A stretch of 64,000 nt of DNA from a virus. Shown here in pieces: positions 25,330-37,207 of this stretch (the first letter of the stretch is position 1; the number at the start of each line of letters is the position of its first letter). Under the pieces are notes generated by a model. That model ran no database searches and was not told the DNA's origin. It saw only the letters and a list, made by a program, of their open reading frames with translations. The stretch lies in IMG/VR virus record IMGVR_UViG_3300044613_003659, positions 32,001 through 96,000 of that record. One strand, written 5' to 3'. Both the position numbers and the translations under genes were made by a program.

Positions 25330-25948
25330 GTTTAATAATTTGTGTAATAAAACTACCTTTGAAACTCCAAGCAGGATAATTGTATCCACAATATCCGCTT
25401 CCTTTATAAGACAAAGTTAAATAATCACCCGAAATAGTTCCACACTGTCTGAGATGAGCAGTCAAATTATCTCTTGATGTAGAGTATCTTTTAATTTGTC
25501 TACATATAAAACGATAATCACCATCTAGTTCTTTTTTTACATAGTCAGAAAGTAAATCAAGTTTACACATAGCCCAACCAAGCACTACATATTCAGGCTG
25601 CGGGTAATCAGTCAACTTGTCATATACAACAAAAAGAGTATTCTTCATTTTTCTGTAAGGCTCGCTGTCAAAAAAAGAATAATCGTCGGAAGTAACAATT
25701 TTACGATGTTCTGATTCGGGCATTGTACCTATGCTAATTTTTTTACCCGGCCTTGTGGTTTTTAATTCCCACGAACCAAGGTCAGGACTCCTGTCATTGT
25801 TTGGTAGAATTCCAAAGTTTCGTTCAATAAAAAATCCTACTCTGCCGGTATTATCGTGCATGGTTTGCGAAGAACCATCTTGTTCAATAATAAAAGGCTT
25901 TCTCAAATGCCCAATTCGTTCTTCAATATACTCTTTTGAAGTTTTCAT
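25322..25948 (-). CDS. MutH/Sau3AI-like PD-(D/E)xK endonuclease
   Basis: G.VG.FIE..FG...N....PDLGSWELK. Confidence 0.75.
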   Translation of the reverse strand: MKTSKEYIEERIGHLRKPFIIEQDGSSQTMHDNTGRVGFFIERNFGILPNNDRSPDLGSWELKTTRPGKKISIGTMPESEHRKIVTSDDYSFFDSEPYRKMKNTLFVVYDKLTDYPQPEYVVLGWAMCKLDLLSDYVKKELDGDYRFICRQIKRYSTSRDNLTAHLRQCGTISGDYLTLSYKGSGYCGYNYPAWSFKGSFITQIIKHA

Positions 25949-27000
25949 TAATTTTCCTCCGGGAATAGGCCTGGTGCAATATTGTTTGACTCAATACCTA
26001 TTTTACTGCCTTCCCCGTGATAGGGCAACACAATTGTGCCACCGTTGCGAATATACAACTCTCGCAAAAAGTTACTCATGGCCAACGGAGCATTCCAACC
26101 CGCACCCGGATGACTGTATTCCCATTGGGTCTTTGCTTTACTATGGATCCATTGCGAACTCTTGAATGTCTGTTTGCACTTGGCCAGAACTTCTCGCATC
26201 CAACCCTTGGGCAGCTGGTCCCGCACATTGGTGCTGGACAATCTATACAATTCGTACAATCCAATATAAACACCTTGATCAATTTCTTCCTGCATTTGAA
26301 AAGTTTCTTTAATTGCAGCAAGAATATCGTACAACACTTTGCCCTTTTCGTCGAGTTCAATACCTTTTTGTGCGTATTTAAAATGGCTAAAGAAATACTC
26401 GTTGTCACCACGCAAGGCAGCACTTCTACGAGTGTTTTTATCTTCGAGATCAATACCTAGTGCATCAAATTGGTCCTGCATGACTCGGGCACGAACATTC
26501 TTAATCTCTTTACTACCATTCTTATATCGTACCAAAGCGTTACGATGTAGATCGCCCGGACCCAGTCTACGAACACCTGTGTCGTTGAGCATTTCAAAAG
26601 CCAACGAAGGAAAATTGGGATCATCAGTTTCTACAATGGCACAAGGAATTTCTTTAAAGCCAAGCAAAGTGGCTGCAATAGTACGATGTTGTGCGTCATA
26701 CAAAAAAATACGTCCATCACCACCAATGATACGGCATGCAGAACCCGGCGAGCAAATTCGCGGATCCCACTTCTTCATAATGTTTTTTATGTGCTCGTGT
26801 ATTACGTCCCGTTGTACTTCGTAGTCAATGTAAAGATTGCCAATGGCAACCATGCTACTGGTAGGGAACGTATAGGAGTTTGCATGAGCAGCATTGCACC
26901 ATACATCTAGTTGTTCTTGTGTTACGTTGAAATGAGATTTAAGGGTCTGCTCAACTTCAGCAGCAACATCGGTGAGTTTTCGAACAAGGCGCTTGGCCAT
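25948..27000 (-). CDS. ParB/DGQHR-like N-domain protein
   Basis: IDYEVQR and LYDAQHR (DGQHR variant). Confidence 0.65.
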   Translation of the reverse strand: MAKRLVRKLTDVAAEVEQTLKSHFNVTQEQLDVWCNAAHANSYTFPTSSMVAIGNLYIDYEVQRDVIHEHIKNIMKKWDPRICSPGSACRIIGGDGRIFLYDAQHRTIAATLLGFKEIPCAIVETDDPNFPSLAFEMLNDTGVRRLGPGDLHRNALVRYKNGSKEIKNVRARVMQDQFDALGIDLEDKNTRRSAALRGDNEYFFSHFKYAQKGIELDEKGKVLYDILAAIKETFQMQEEIDQGVYIGLYELYRLSSTNVRDQLPKGWMREVLAKCKQTFKSSQWIHSKAKTQWEYSHPGAGWNAPLAMSNFLRELYIRNGGTIVLPYHGEGSKIGIESNNIAPGLFPEEN

Positions 27001-27119
27001 ATAATATTCTCCTAGTTAATGATGTACAATACATCCTGGAATTAACCGCTCTGTGTACGTGTGACAGAACTAGTTAAATAAGGCGGGACGAGCCCGCCTT
27101 ATGCTACAGTTTACAACTA

Positions 27120-27449
27120 TTAGGCTGTGACAGCAGTTTTTGCACCAGCACGGGCTTTGATAGCATCCATGCTTGGCTTGGCACCTTTGACTTTAACAGT
27201 AGGTGCAGCATTGTATTTTGCATCAGCTGCATCAATGGCAGCAGCAAACTCTGGATTCTTGTAAAGATCCGTAGTCTTTAGATGTGTCACCAACTCGCCC
27301 TTGGTCATTGCACGTGGCAATTCAACAAGATTGATATCAGTGTCTGTCTTGGACAAGATCTTGACACGAGTCATGTCGCCAGCAAAGCGAACCTTGTACT
27401 GGCCTTTAGTTTTAGAAACACCACCAACGTTAAAAGTTTTGTCAGTCAT
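27120..27449 (-). CDS. hypothetical basic protein
   Basis: GGAGAG SD, own promoter, terminator at 27078-27102. Confidence 0.65.
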   Translation of the reverse strand: MTDKTFNVGGVSKTKGQYKVRFAGDMTRVKILSKTDTDINLVELPRAMTKGELVTHLKTTDLYKNPEFAAAIDAADAKYNAAPTVKVKGAKPSMDAIKARAGAKTAVTA

Positions 27450-27692
27450 TTTATACTCTCCACAAGTAAGTTGAAAATTTAGATTACTGTTTGTAACCAT
27501 ACCACTATTATATTGCCATTCGAACAACAGGTCAACCTGTTTTTGGTCGGCAATTTAACCAAAATCATTTACTAAGTTCTACTGCTTGAGTTTTGGTAAC
27601 ATTTACAGCCTTATCCAGCATACGAGCAATACCCGCAAAGCCAATGGTAGCTACCACAATGCCAAAAATGGTTCCGTAAATAAAAGTCTTCA

Positions 27693-29397
27693 TTACTTTT
27701 CTCCTACATCTACACTAATTAACATGGCCAATCTATCAGCACAATCACGCAGATCCAAACTCAGTTGACCTTGGCCAATTTCGCGTTCAACTGATCTGGC
27801 GATGTCATGTAATTCAATCACTGACTGTTTTAATTGTTCGTACATTTTTTGCCTTTGGAAACTTAGAACACCAAATACACTTGGTTGAGCTTGTACCATA
27901 AAAGTAAAGACCTAGATCAGCAAATCGACCACCGCAGCCTTTACACTCATATGTTAACATTTCTGGCTCGTTTTGGTCAATTGGTCCATTTGCTGCTTCG
28001 TGCTGCTTTGGACCAAGTTCGCCAGTGATAGCCTGAGACTCCATTAGTTGTAACCAACTTCAAAATCAGGCTCTAACATGTCGGCTTCAAGTACGGCGTC
28101 CTGATAGTTAGTAGCATTAAGCAAAATTGTCTGTCCATGCAAGAAACAGGCCATATACACACCAGTAGACTCGTCGCGTTCTACACTGATCAAAAAATTA
28201 GCCATTACCATTTACCTCCAGTTTGATTGACGTCTAGCAACATGTCATTGTCTTGAAATGCTGCACTCAGTTGTGTTTCTAATACATCTGCTCTAGTAGG
28301 ATAATCAGTTACAAGAATCTGTGCAAGTTGTACGATGCTCTGATTAGACAAAAGAGCTAATTCATTAGCAAGAATTTCAAGTCTGTTCATAGTTCGTCCA
28401 AGTTGATATCACTCAGTTCTTTGGGTTTAGCCTGCGGCCTGCCCCATGCGCTTTGACCTACTTCAGGAGAGCTTTTACCCAACGGTATCTGTTGAATCTC
28501 TCCTCCATTGGCCAAAAAATCTCGAATGGCCTGTTCATAAAGTTCTTTGTCTAATTTCATTACATATTCCCATAATGTTCTGCATCCAGATCGGCTGCAT
28601 GTTCAGCATAATACGTTGGATCTTCGATTTCGTCAAGTATGTCCAACACTTGGCGTACAGAAAGTCCCACGTGATCTGCAATAGCCTGTATTTGCATACC
28701 AGCGAAATCCAACTCACGGATTTCTTGATCAATGTGTTTCCAATAAGTCATATTAACCCCAATCTTTCTTATCGCCGAAACGTTCATTCCATTCGTAACC
28801 GGCCATATACTCAGCTACACTGGCCTCATCCTTGACTTCTACTCGCGGACCTGAGTCGCCGCCTACGCCACCAAAGTGAGCCAACGGCGCACGATGGTAG
28901 TAGCTGTCAGCTGAACCACGATCATACAGACTGCCATGGTTGGCACGAACAAATTGCCATTGTTCCTTGAGGATTTTAAATACACGTTCTTTTTCTGCTT
29001 GCACAATCAACTCCTTATTAATTACTATACCACAATTATAACAAAATGGGTCTTTATGGTCAACTCATTAATTCTTAGGAATACGATACGTAATACCTTG
29101 GGCTGTTACAACTTTTGCAATACCTTCAACCGCATAGTCCTCTTCCAACAATGCTAAATTGCGGCGGTCCTTGACCCGTGGATTTTCTACCTTGATAGTA
29201 ATAAATTTGGCACGTGGGTTAATATAAAAGTTCTTAGCGGAGTAGCAAAGTTCTAGAGCCAACTTCATACGCTCGGCTCTAACACGTTCGGCTTCTGTGT
29301 AATGACTCCACATTGCCGCAGCTCGCATACGAGCGTCGCGGGCAGCGGCATAAGCATAAAAACCAGCACTACGAGTTTCTAGTTCACGCTCTTGCAT
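27693..29397 (-). other. cluster of small early hypothetical ORFs (including 27814-28044, 28205-28390, 28753-29010, 29068-29397)
   Basis: Tightly packed ORFs below the early promoters at 29035-29063 and 29430-29458. Confidence 0.6.
29035..29063 (-). promoter_or_regulatory. early promoter
   Basis: TTGACC-17 nt-TATAAT, then GGTATAGTAA and AAGGAG. Confidence 0.8.
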
Positions 29398-29429
29398 TTT
29401 TGCTACTCCTTATTAGTTACTATACCAAT

Positions 29430-29527
29430 ATTATAGCAAAACGGTGAATTATGGTCAACCCAAAAGATTCTGTGCTAAAATGTTGCCCAAAAGCAACAAA
29501 ATTGCCGAGGTTGCAAAGATAGCAACA
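29430..29527 (-). promoter_or_regulatory. early promoter with upstream GTTGC-N6/7-GCAAC palindromes
   Basis: TTGACC-17 nt-TATAAT; palindromes at 29481-29498 and 29509-29527. Confidence 0.8.
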
Positions 29528-29555
29528 AAAGTTGCAATTAATTTAACGGTAGAAA

Positions 29556-30602
29556 TCATACAAAAGTCATAACATAGTTGTCGTAGTATTTGTAGAAATA
29601 ATTAAGACCTAATTCCATTGGATCGTGGACAGGTCCACTGTCGGTGGTGCCTCTACGGTCAAGTTGTCGTCTACCACGATCCATACGTTCGGCAATTTCG
29701 TCATCTTCATCACAGGTCTCCATGTACGCAGCCTGATGTGCTGCTACAAAGTCTGCTTCAAAATGAGCTATTTCTTCCGGGTAGTAAAATTCAACAATGT
29801 TTCTTGTTCGTTGCGGACCTTCGGGCCATAGTGTTGAAATAACAAGCACCTCTGGATACCACTCTACCATGACATTAGGATAGATGGTCAACCAAATAGC
29901 ACCAAAGTCAGGTAGTGCACCACGCCTGTAGTCTAACAAAGCTTTATGCCATGTTTTATAAACAGACGTGCCTGGTGTTTTTAATTGATTGCTGATACCC
30001 ACACTTTGTACACTGTACCATTCGCCAAATTGCCAATCTAATTTATTGCAGTCAACAAAATTACCAAGTCCTGGATGAAATGGAACCACATGGTAATCAT
30101 CCATGTACACTTCAATGAACGTTTTCCAGTTGTAATTGCATACATGTTCTTTTCTAGAATGGAAAACATAACCGGTAAAATCAAAATACCGACCTAATCG
30201 CATGGTATTCAAATCTGATTCTAAATCTGCTATACCGCGACCAAAGTATAATCCGTTCCATGTTTGAGTGCCAAATTTTGTCAAATGCCTTTCCGGACAA
30301 GGATCAAAGTGCGGCGCACCAATTAACTTACCTTCCAAGTCATAAGTCCAACCGTGTAACGGACAAACAATGTTGGCTGTGGTACCGGACCGATTCAACA
30401 TCACAGCCTGTCTATGCCTACAGGTATTTGATATACATTCAATGCCATTCTTGTTACGAATTAACATTCGTGCCGAATCTTCTTGTGGCAATGTATGGTA
30501 ATTGTCTACAAGAAGTTCGTGTGCAAAATACGGTGCGTGTTTGAACAAAATTTGCTCACGACGTAAAATATCGTCGTCAAAGTAAAAATGGCTGTATTTC
30601 AT
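29556..30602 (-). CDS. Rieske ring-hydroxylating oxygenase alpha subunit (choline monooxygenase-like)
   Basis: CRHR...CPLHGW Rieske motif; NWK...DDYHVVPFH...D mononuclear Fe ligands. Confidence 0.9.
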   Translation of the reverse strand: MKYSHFYFDDDILRREQILFKHAPYFAHELLVDNYHTLPQEDSARMLIRNKNGIECISNTCRHRQAVMLNRSGTTANIVCPLHGWTYDLEGKLIGAPHFDPCPERHLTKFGTQTWNGLYFGRGIADLESDLNTMRLGRYFDFTGYVFHSRKEHVCNYNWKTFIEVYMDDYHVVPFHPGLGNFVDCNKLDWQFGEWYSVQSVGISNQLKTPGTSVYKTWHKALLDYRRGALPDFGAIWLTIYPNVMVEWYPEVLVISTLWPEGPQRTRNIVEFYYPEEIAHFEADFVAAHQAAYMETCDEDDEIAERMDRGRRQLDRRGTTDSGPVHDPMELGLNYFYKYYDNYVMTFV

Positions 30603-30608
30603 TTATTT

Positions 30609-32642
30609 TCATGTAATCTTTGTAGTGTTTAACTGTCTATCATATTGAGATTCAATGCTGTTACTTGGTTCTAGTCCTTTGTATTTAACCGAACTTTCTA
30701 CTGGTAGTCCAAAACGCTGCCTGATGTTTTGGCGGTCGGCCTGACTCATACACATTCTGGCACATTCTTCTGCGATCATTTCGCCAAATCTGCGTCCGGT
30801 ATTCGTCCATAAGGAACTGTGATAGATATTAAAATGTGCCCTATCGGCGATTTCTTTAAAAGGGTCGTCCATATTACCTCGATAGCATTCGTGTAAGTTC
30901 ACAATGAAGTTCATTGACTTCGTCTTGTGGTACATAAAAATCTGTAGTAGGATCCCAATACTCTCCTACTTTGACATCATAATATAGCACACGACCTGTT
31001 GCAAAATAAAATGGACCTTCCAATCCTTTACGTGGTAGCCAACGTTCGTCACGCTTGCCGAGTACGGTGTATCCCATTATTCAACTCCAAAATGTTTTTT
31101 TATTTCCCGAACAGTCAAGTTCACAGGATATTTAACTTCAAAGTCAATCATCAATTGACAACATTCTTTGACAATCAATTCGGCGAACTTTTGATTGTAT
31201 TGTTCAATCCACAGTTCCGGACTCAGTATGCCTTGCGGCACCTGTGTTTTTGCTTGCTCGGCCAACTGTTGAATCAGTTCAGACATCAATCCAACCTTGA
31301 TCCTGCGTAGGCATCGAATCCATACTTGCGGAACACATCGGCCGCAGCTCTGGCACCTGTTTCCAGTGTATCAATGTTCTGCACTGGATAACCTGCCGGA
31401 TTCCAAAGTTGGAATGCCTTGGTATAGTCTTGACGCACACCAGCGGCCTTGAGCATTTTGCCCAACTTGGTATTGCCTTTTACCTTATAAATATTGGTCC
31501 AAGCAAAACCACAAGCATACTGATCTACGCCGCCTAACTTGACACGAAAAAACTCATCCGCAGCCGCATAGGCAGCATCTCTAGCTTCGCGCACAATTGA
31601 GTTAACTTGTTCTTGTGTAAAGTCCATTACGCTGCCTCCCTCATAACATAACCTTCCGCCACATTAAAAAGATTACTACGCTGCCAGTCCCAAAGATCAT
31701 TTATACGATTATACACAGGACCAAATGGATATTCATTACCGTCGGCAGTATAAACTACAGTCTGCCAACCACCTGGTACATTTGCACAGGTAATTTTCAT
31801 TTTATTTCCCCTTGAATACTTTTCGGACATCACTTAGTGATACCTGCAACTCGAGTGCAATAAAGTCTATGGTTTCGTCCAATTTGCCTTTTGGGTCTTC
31901 TAGGATGTCTGCCAATTGTCTTACTTGTTTTTCAAATTTGCTCATTTTAATCTCCTTGACGATTACATGCTGTAAAAAGATTCGCTGGACGGCGAGCAGT
32001 AGTACGGAGTATCGTAACGCTCTTGAAACTCCTTACCAGTCACCAAGTTCTTGCGGGTTACAAAAGTTTCGTACACATGAGCAACGAAACCTTCGGTACG
32101 GAAGCTTTCTGCTACATTCCAAACCGTGCTGTAATTACAATTTAAATCTACGACCTTGACAAAACGAAGTCCTGCCTTGTTGCGACCAAATCGCTCGTCT
32201 TTGCGGATACGCTTGTCGGATTTGTAAACTTCTACGGTATAAGCAACTTTGGACATCTTCGGCTCCTTGTTTATTTACTATACCTAAATTATACAGAAAT
32301 GGTGAATTATGGTCTACCAAAATAAATTGTTGCTAAAATCGCAATAAAAGTTGCTTATTCAGCAACAGTTAGCAAATTAGCAGGTACGTTCCAAGTAGTG
32401 TTATTCTCTCGAACCTTGATGTTTTTTATGTTGATTTTAACAACATTACCTTGGTGTGTACGCCCGGTGCGTGGATGTGTAAATTTAACAACATCGCCTA
32501 CCATTAGCGATCGTTTTGTTTCTTTGTTAATTTGTGCTCTACGAAACTTGACAGCACCCAAGATGCTGTCAAGTTGCTCATTTGTTAACGAGCCAAACAT
32601 GATTTGGCTGTTAATTTGCTGGATAGTAGTAAGTTGCTCCAT
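30609..32642 (-). other. cluster of small early hypothetical ORFs (30874-31077, 31077-31289, 31286-31627, 31627-31833, 31963-32256, 32355-32642)
   Basis: Overlapping start/stop codons; promoters near 32288-32316 and 32675-32703. Confidence 0.65.
32288..32346 (-). promoter_or_regulatory. early promoter with upstream palindrome
   Basis: TAGACC-17 nt-TATAAT; TGTTGC-N7-GCAATA at 32328-32346. Confidence 0.75.
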
Positions 32643-32741
32643 TAGCGACTCCTGGCTAGTTAATATGTGCAGAGTATAACGAAATAGATTATTTTTGTCA
32701 AGTTATAAAATTGCTAACATTTTTGAGAGTAAATACTTCAA

Positions 32742-34751
32742 ATGAACAACAAAGTCATTGAAATAAAATTCCAAAAAAATAAAGACATTCAGGATACACT
32801 TAGAAATCCAGTCGATTCTGGTATGGGCAAGTCTTTATTAGAAATGCATAAGGAATTTAACAATCCCGACATGCCCGAGGACAAATACCTGGCGTCGGCC
32901 AAAAGCATGTTAAAGTATGCAAGACCAGTTCCTCAAAAAAACTTGTCAACTGTTGAAATTAATAATATAACCAGAAAAACGCACATTGCATTTGTTCTTA
33001 TGCCTAAATGGGCAGTTTTTTTTGCTCCTTACAATGTGGCCAGATTAGCCGCAGTAACTAGAGCAGCAGGTTATAAAACAAGCGTTTATGATTGGAATGT
33101 CACCACTTGGCGAAAGTTACAAACTATTTTAGATGAAGATCCATATCAAGGACATGGCTCAAGAGATTATCTTTGGCTTGACGATATGTATGAGAAAAAA
33201 CTTCAAAAATTTGTACAACCCATTCTTGAAGAGTACCTAGCAGAATTGTTGCAAGTAAAACCTGATGTGGTTGGTTTCAGCCTGTATTATACTAACGTTT
33301 TACCTACATTATGGTTAGCAAGAGAAATTAGAAAAAACCTTCCGCACACAAAGATTATAGCAGGCGGCTCACATATTCAATGGAATCCAGATCCTTTTCC
33401 GGAATTTGATCATGTTGTTAAAGGTGAAGGCGAAGAAGTTATATTATGGATGCTTGATCAAATCGAACAAGATATTCCGCTTACAGAATATCTATATAAA
33501 GCCGATACATCTAAAAGATTAGATCTAGATCAATTACCATTTCCTGATTATTCGGATTTAGATATTAATTTATACATGATGCCTAATGCTATTAGTTCCG
33601 AAGTAAGTAGAGGATGTGTAGCCAAATGTACTTTTTGTCAAGAAACCCATTACTGGAAATATCGTAGTAGACAAGCTCCAATGGTTCTCAAAGAAGTTAT
33701 ACATCAATACAACACCTATGGTACAAACTATTTTTGGTTTATTGACAGTTTAGTCAATGGTAATTTAAATGAACTACGTGCGTTTGCATTGGGCGTGATT
33801 GAAAACAATTTGAAAATACAATGGGAAGGTTATGCTAGATGCGACCGACGTATGGATTTAGAATACTACAAAGACTTATCAGCAAGTGGCTGTAATGCAC
33901 TGAATTATGGAATAGAAAGTGGCAGTCAACGAGTGTTGGATGCTATGCGTAAAAACATCACTGTTGACATTGTTGAACGAAATCTTAGAGATGGTGCTGC
34001 TGTTGGCATATCTGCTCAAACCAATTGGATGCTGTGTTACTTGAATGAACAAATGGTTGACTTTGCAAAAACAATGACATTGGCATGGAGGATACAGGAT
34101 TATAATTTAACCTCTATAGCTAGAGGCACAATGAATATTGGACCAGGTCGAATAGGAGACAATCCTGATCAGTACGGAGTTCATGAAAAATATTTTTGCA
34201 TGTCATGGGCAACTAAAGATCTTTCAAATACAAAGATTCATAGGTTAATAAGATTTAAAAGTTTTAATATTTTTGTGGCACAATTGCATGGTTTTAAATA
34301 TGACGAAGATAATAGCCAACGATTAAAAAATGTGTATTTTGTCAAATACAAAAATGATGATCAAGCGAAACATTTTAGAAATATGCCATACGAAGAATTT
34401 GATTATGAAATTATTAAAGATCCCAAGCTTGACTGTGTGTTTCAAAAAACTGTAGTTAATGAGATTTGGCCTCTAATTAGAACATTATGGAGATCAAGAT
34501 GTAAAGGTGCTATGGAAATACAGGTGACTTTTGATCCTGAGTGGGACAAAAACGAATATGGTAACAGATTAGCAGATAATTTTACTGCTGAATATAATTT
34601 TAAAATTGACGACTTTGGTAACTGGAATGCAGATTGCTTTGTCAAATTTGTTTGTCCTGAAAATCCTCACGCACCTTGGTGGCCAGAAGAAGGTGTGCGA
34701 TCTGATTACAATATTGATTTACAGTGGACAGGTAGTGGTTATTGGGACTAA
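32742..34751 (+). CDS. cobalamin-dependent (class B-like) radical SAM enzyme
   Basis: PDVVGFS and IIAGGSH in the B12 domain; SRGCVAKCTFC; GIESGS. Confidence 0.9.
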   Translation: MNNKVIEIKFQKNKDIQDTLRNPVDSGMGKSLLEMHKEFNNPDMPEDKYLASAKSMLKYARPVPQKNLSTVEINNITRKTHIAFVLMPKWAVFFAPYNVARLAAVTRAAGYKTSVYDWNVTTWRKLQTILDEDPYQGHGSRDYLWLDDMYEKKLQKFVQPILEEYLAELLQVKPDVVGFSLYYTNVLPTLWLAREIRKNLPHTKIIAGGSHIQWNPDPFPEFDHVVKGEGEEVILWMLDQIEQDIPLTEYLYKADTSKRLDLDQLPFPDYSDLDINLYMMPNAISSEVSRGCVAKCTFCQETHYWKYRSRQAPMVLKEVIHQYNTYGTNYFWFIDSLVNGNLNELRAFALGVIENNLKIQWEGYARCDRRMDLEYYKDLSASGCNALNYGIESGSQRVLDAMRKNITVDIVERNLRDGAAVGISAQTNWMLCYLNEQMVDFAKTMTLAWRIQDYNLTSIARGTMNIGPGRIGDNPDQYGVHEKYFCMSWATKDLSNTKIHRLIRFKSFNIFVAQLHGFKYDEDNSQRLKNVYFVKYKNDDQAKHFRNMPYEEFDYEIIKDPKLDCVFQKTVVNEIWPLIRTLWRSRCKGAMEIQVTFDPEWDKNEYGNRLADNFTAEYNFKIDDFGNWNADCFVKFVCPENPHAPWWPEEGVRSDYNIDLQWTGSGYWD

Positions 34752-35116
34752 ATTGCAATTTTTCTTTGTGTACCTTGCCGCATTGATCCACGCATAATCG
34801 TTGTAGCGATTATAACACCATCTGCTTTAATAAAAGGCACTGTTATATCAGTATCTAAATCAACTACTTGAATTGAACTACCATTTGGCATATCCTGCAA
34901 GAATTTTTTCCTTTTAATCAATAACTTAGAAAAAAAATCTGCTACTTCGCTGACCTTGATAGGTTCGCGATTTCTAGTATCAGGTAGTCTGTCAATAAAA
35001 TGCGTTGTAATTTTAATTGGAATATCATGTACTGCAAATCTTGAATTTAACACAGCAGTGTAATGCTTTGCTAACTCAGTGTTAGATTCTTCATTTAAAA
35101 ATTCTCCAACACGCAT
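34748..35116 (-). CDS. hypothetical protein with MRxxEF..E leader
   Basis: MRVGEFLNEE. Confidence 0.65.
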   Translation of the reverse strand: MRVGEFLNEESNTELAKHYTAVLNSRFAVHDIPIKITTHFIDRLPDTRNREPIKVSEVADFFSKLLIKRKKFLQDMPNGSSIQVVDLDTDITVPFIKADGVIIATTIMRGSMRQGTQRKIAI

Positions 35117-35120
35117 TTTT

Positions 35121-37154
35121 TTAAGTTTTGATAATAAAATTAATCGCTAGGTAAGGTGGCATGTTGGCATCTGTTCCACTAGATCCAGTTGAATTTACTG
35201 TGGTGCTAGTGGACGTAGCCACAGATATACCAGTGTTTGCCAATGACGTGTTTGTGCCAGATCCACTTACTAAAGTACTTAATAAGCTACCAACCGAGTC
35301 ACGATTACCTGTGCCAACTTGATGTCTGTGTCCGGGATCAGTTACTGTGGAAGTAGACGTTGATGTTGCAGTATGACTATGACTCACTACTACGGCATCT
35401 TTTGAGCCGCCTGTGGTTCCTAGTGCGTACAAGCCTCCTGCTCCAAATGGAGCACGATTTTGGTAGTCTGGTAAATTAAATGTTGTAGATCCGTCTCCAG
35501 AACCAAAAGTTGTCCCTATTACACCAAACAGTGTAGAATAAGTAGTTCTTGAAACGGCAGCACCATCACATAGTAACCACCCCGACGGTACAGAACCTGT
35601 TGACCACATAAGTAATGCACCAGTAGGTACAGAATTATTAATTACAAAAGCAGTTGTTGCAACTGCGGTGTTTGAAGTGCCCGCTGGCATAGTAGGGGTC
35701 ACTATCTGTCCTGCTACATTGACATTTCCTGCAATTCCTGCTCCACCTGACACGATTAACGCTCCGGTAGCTGAAGATGTACTAGTCGTAGTAGCTTGTA
35801 ATGTAACCGTACCGACTACATTTAAGTTTACACCCAACGATGCACTACCTGCAACACTTAAATTACCGCCAATTGTAGTAGCTAAACCTACATTTAATGA
35901 ACCAGTTAAACTTGCTGAGTTAGAGTTTAAGGTGTTAAACCTCATCCCGACACTGCCAAGATTTGAACTGATGTTGGCTGTTGGAACTATGTCGGAACCT
36001 AAATAAATTTGTGAGATGTTTGCATTGATTATGGCAGACTGACTTGATATCAAATTATCAATGGATGCAGTTACTGAAAATATATTACTCCATTTGTTTG
36101 TTACATTACCTACCGTAAATATATTGTTTGAACTCGGAGTAATGTTACCAAAGAAATTCGCTGTTCCGTTTACTGATCCTGCTAAAATATCAACATAATT
36201 TTTTGTTGCCAATGATAATGCTGGCGACGATCCTATAGGATTATCGTAAGCTTCTGGTAGTCCAGTTAAGTAATTTCCTCTGAAAAAAGGAGTTTGGTTG
36301 CCGCTGGATTTTAAACTCAGTATAAAATCTTTATTGTTTGTTCTATTTTGTAAAATTACGGTTCCACTAGAAACATTTCCTACAAAATCGTTAGCAGCAC
36401 CAAAGGTGATACCATTATCGTTGGTCAATATTAACGAACCATTAATTGATCCTGACAGGTCATTTCTTACAAATAAATTACCAGAAGTTATTGCCCCGTT
36501 TACATATAAGCTATTAGCTACTTCAGAATTACCCCAGAAAGTATGACCCAAAGTTGAGTGTAGATTCAATCCTTTCTTGATTGTACTAAATCCTGGTACA
36601 TCAGATAAGAACGGGCCATCTTTACTCCAAATTGCAACTAGAACGTCGTCTATTACGAATTTCAAAATGACGTAAGTGGTACTAGGCGGCGCATCGGTTA
36701 CAGTATCAGGTATGACTCCACTGTTACCTGTGCTTAACTTGTTTGCAGGCCCAATTAAACGCCAGGCTGTGCCTGTATATATGTATAGTTGACCGTTTGT
36801 GCTATCATACCATAATTCGTTTTGATACGGATTGGTTGGTGTAGTAGCAGAAAGTGTCAATCCTGCAACTGTTTTCCAAATTGCACTAGCTGTGCCTTTG
36901 GTAGCTGAAATATTTAGATTTAATAATTTGGTTGTAGGATTGAACCAAATTTGCCCAGGTAGTGGAGCTGTAGGTGCAGAAGAATTTGCAAAGTTTTCCA
37001 TTAACCTAACAAAATTTTGATTTACAAACAGTCCGTAGCTCTTGTAATTTTTACCAACAAGAGAAAGGCTAGAGTTACTAGTATCTAAAGTATTGTCTAG
37101 TAAACCACCTGTAATTAAATCTGATCCGTTAGATAATGTAATATTATATGGCAT
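35121..37154 (-). CDS. tail fibre/baseplate wedge-like protein with tail collar domain
   Basis: LMENFAN...PLPGQIWF; collar motif PSGWLLCDG.AVSRTTY..LF.VIGT.FG.GDGSTTFNLPD; C-terminal PPYLAINFIIK. Confidence 0.88.
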   Translation of the reverse strand: MPYNITLSNGSDLITGGLLDNTLDTSNSSLSLVGKNYKSYGLFVNQNFVRLMENFANSSAPTAPLPGQIWFNPTTKLLNLNISATKGTASAIWKTVAGLTLSATTPTNPYQNELWYDSTNGQLYIYTGTAWRLIGPANKLSTGNSGVIPDTVTDAPPSTTYVILKFVIDDVLVAIWSKDGPFLSDVPGFSTIKKGLNLHSTLGHTFWGNSEVANSLYVNGAITSGNLFVRNDLSGSINGSLILTNDNGITFGAANDFVGNVSSGTVILQNRTNNKDFILSLKSSGNQTPFFRGNYLTGLPEAYDNPIGSSPALSLATKNYVDILAGSVNGTANFFGNITPSSNNIFTVGNVTNKWSNIFSVTASIDNLISSQSAIINANISQIYLGSDIVPTANISSNLGSVGMRFNTLNSNSASLTGSLNVGLATTIGGNLSVAGSASLGVNLNVVGTVTLQATTTSTSSATGALIVSGGAGIAGNVNVAGQIVTPTMPAGTSNTAVATTAFVINNSVPTGALLMWSTGSVPSGWLLCDGAAVSRTTYSTLFGVIGTTFGSGDGSTTFNLPDYQNRAPFGAGGLYALGTTGGSKDAVVVSHSHTATSTSTSTVTDPGHRHQVGTGNRDSVGSLLSTLVSGSGTNTSLANTGISVATSTSTTVNSTGSSGTDANMPPYLAINFIIKT

Positions 37155-37207
37155 TTTTTAGTCTCACTACCCTTTATTTATGCTGTTTTTATTGGGCTAC
37201 AGCTATG

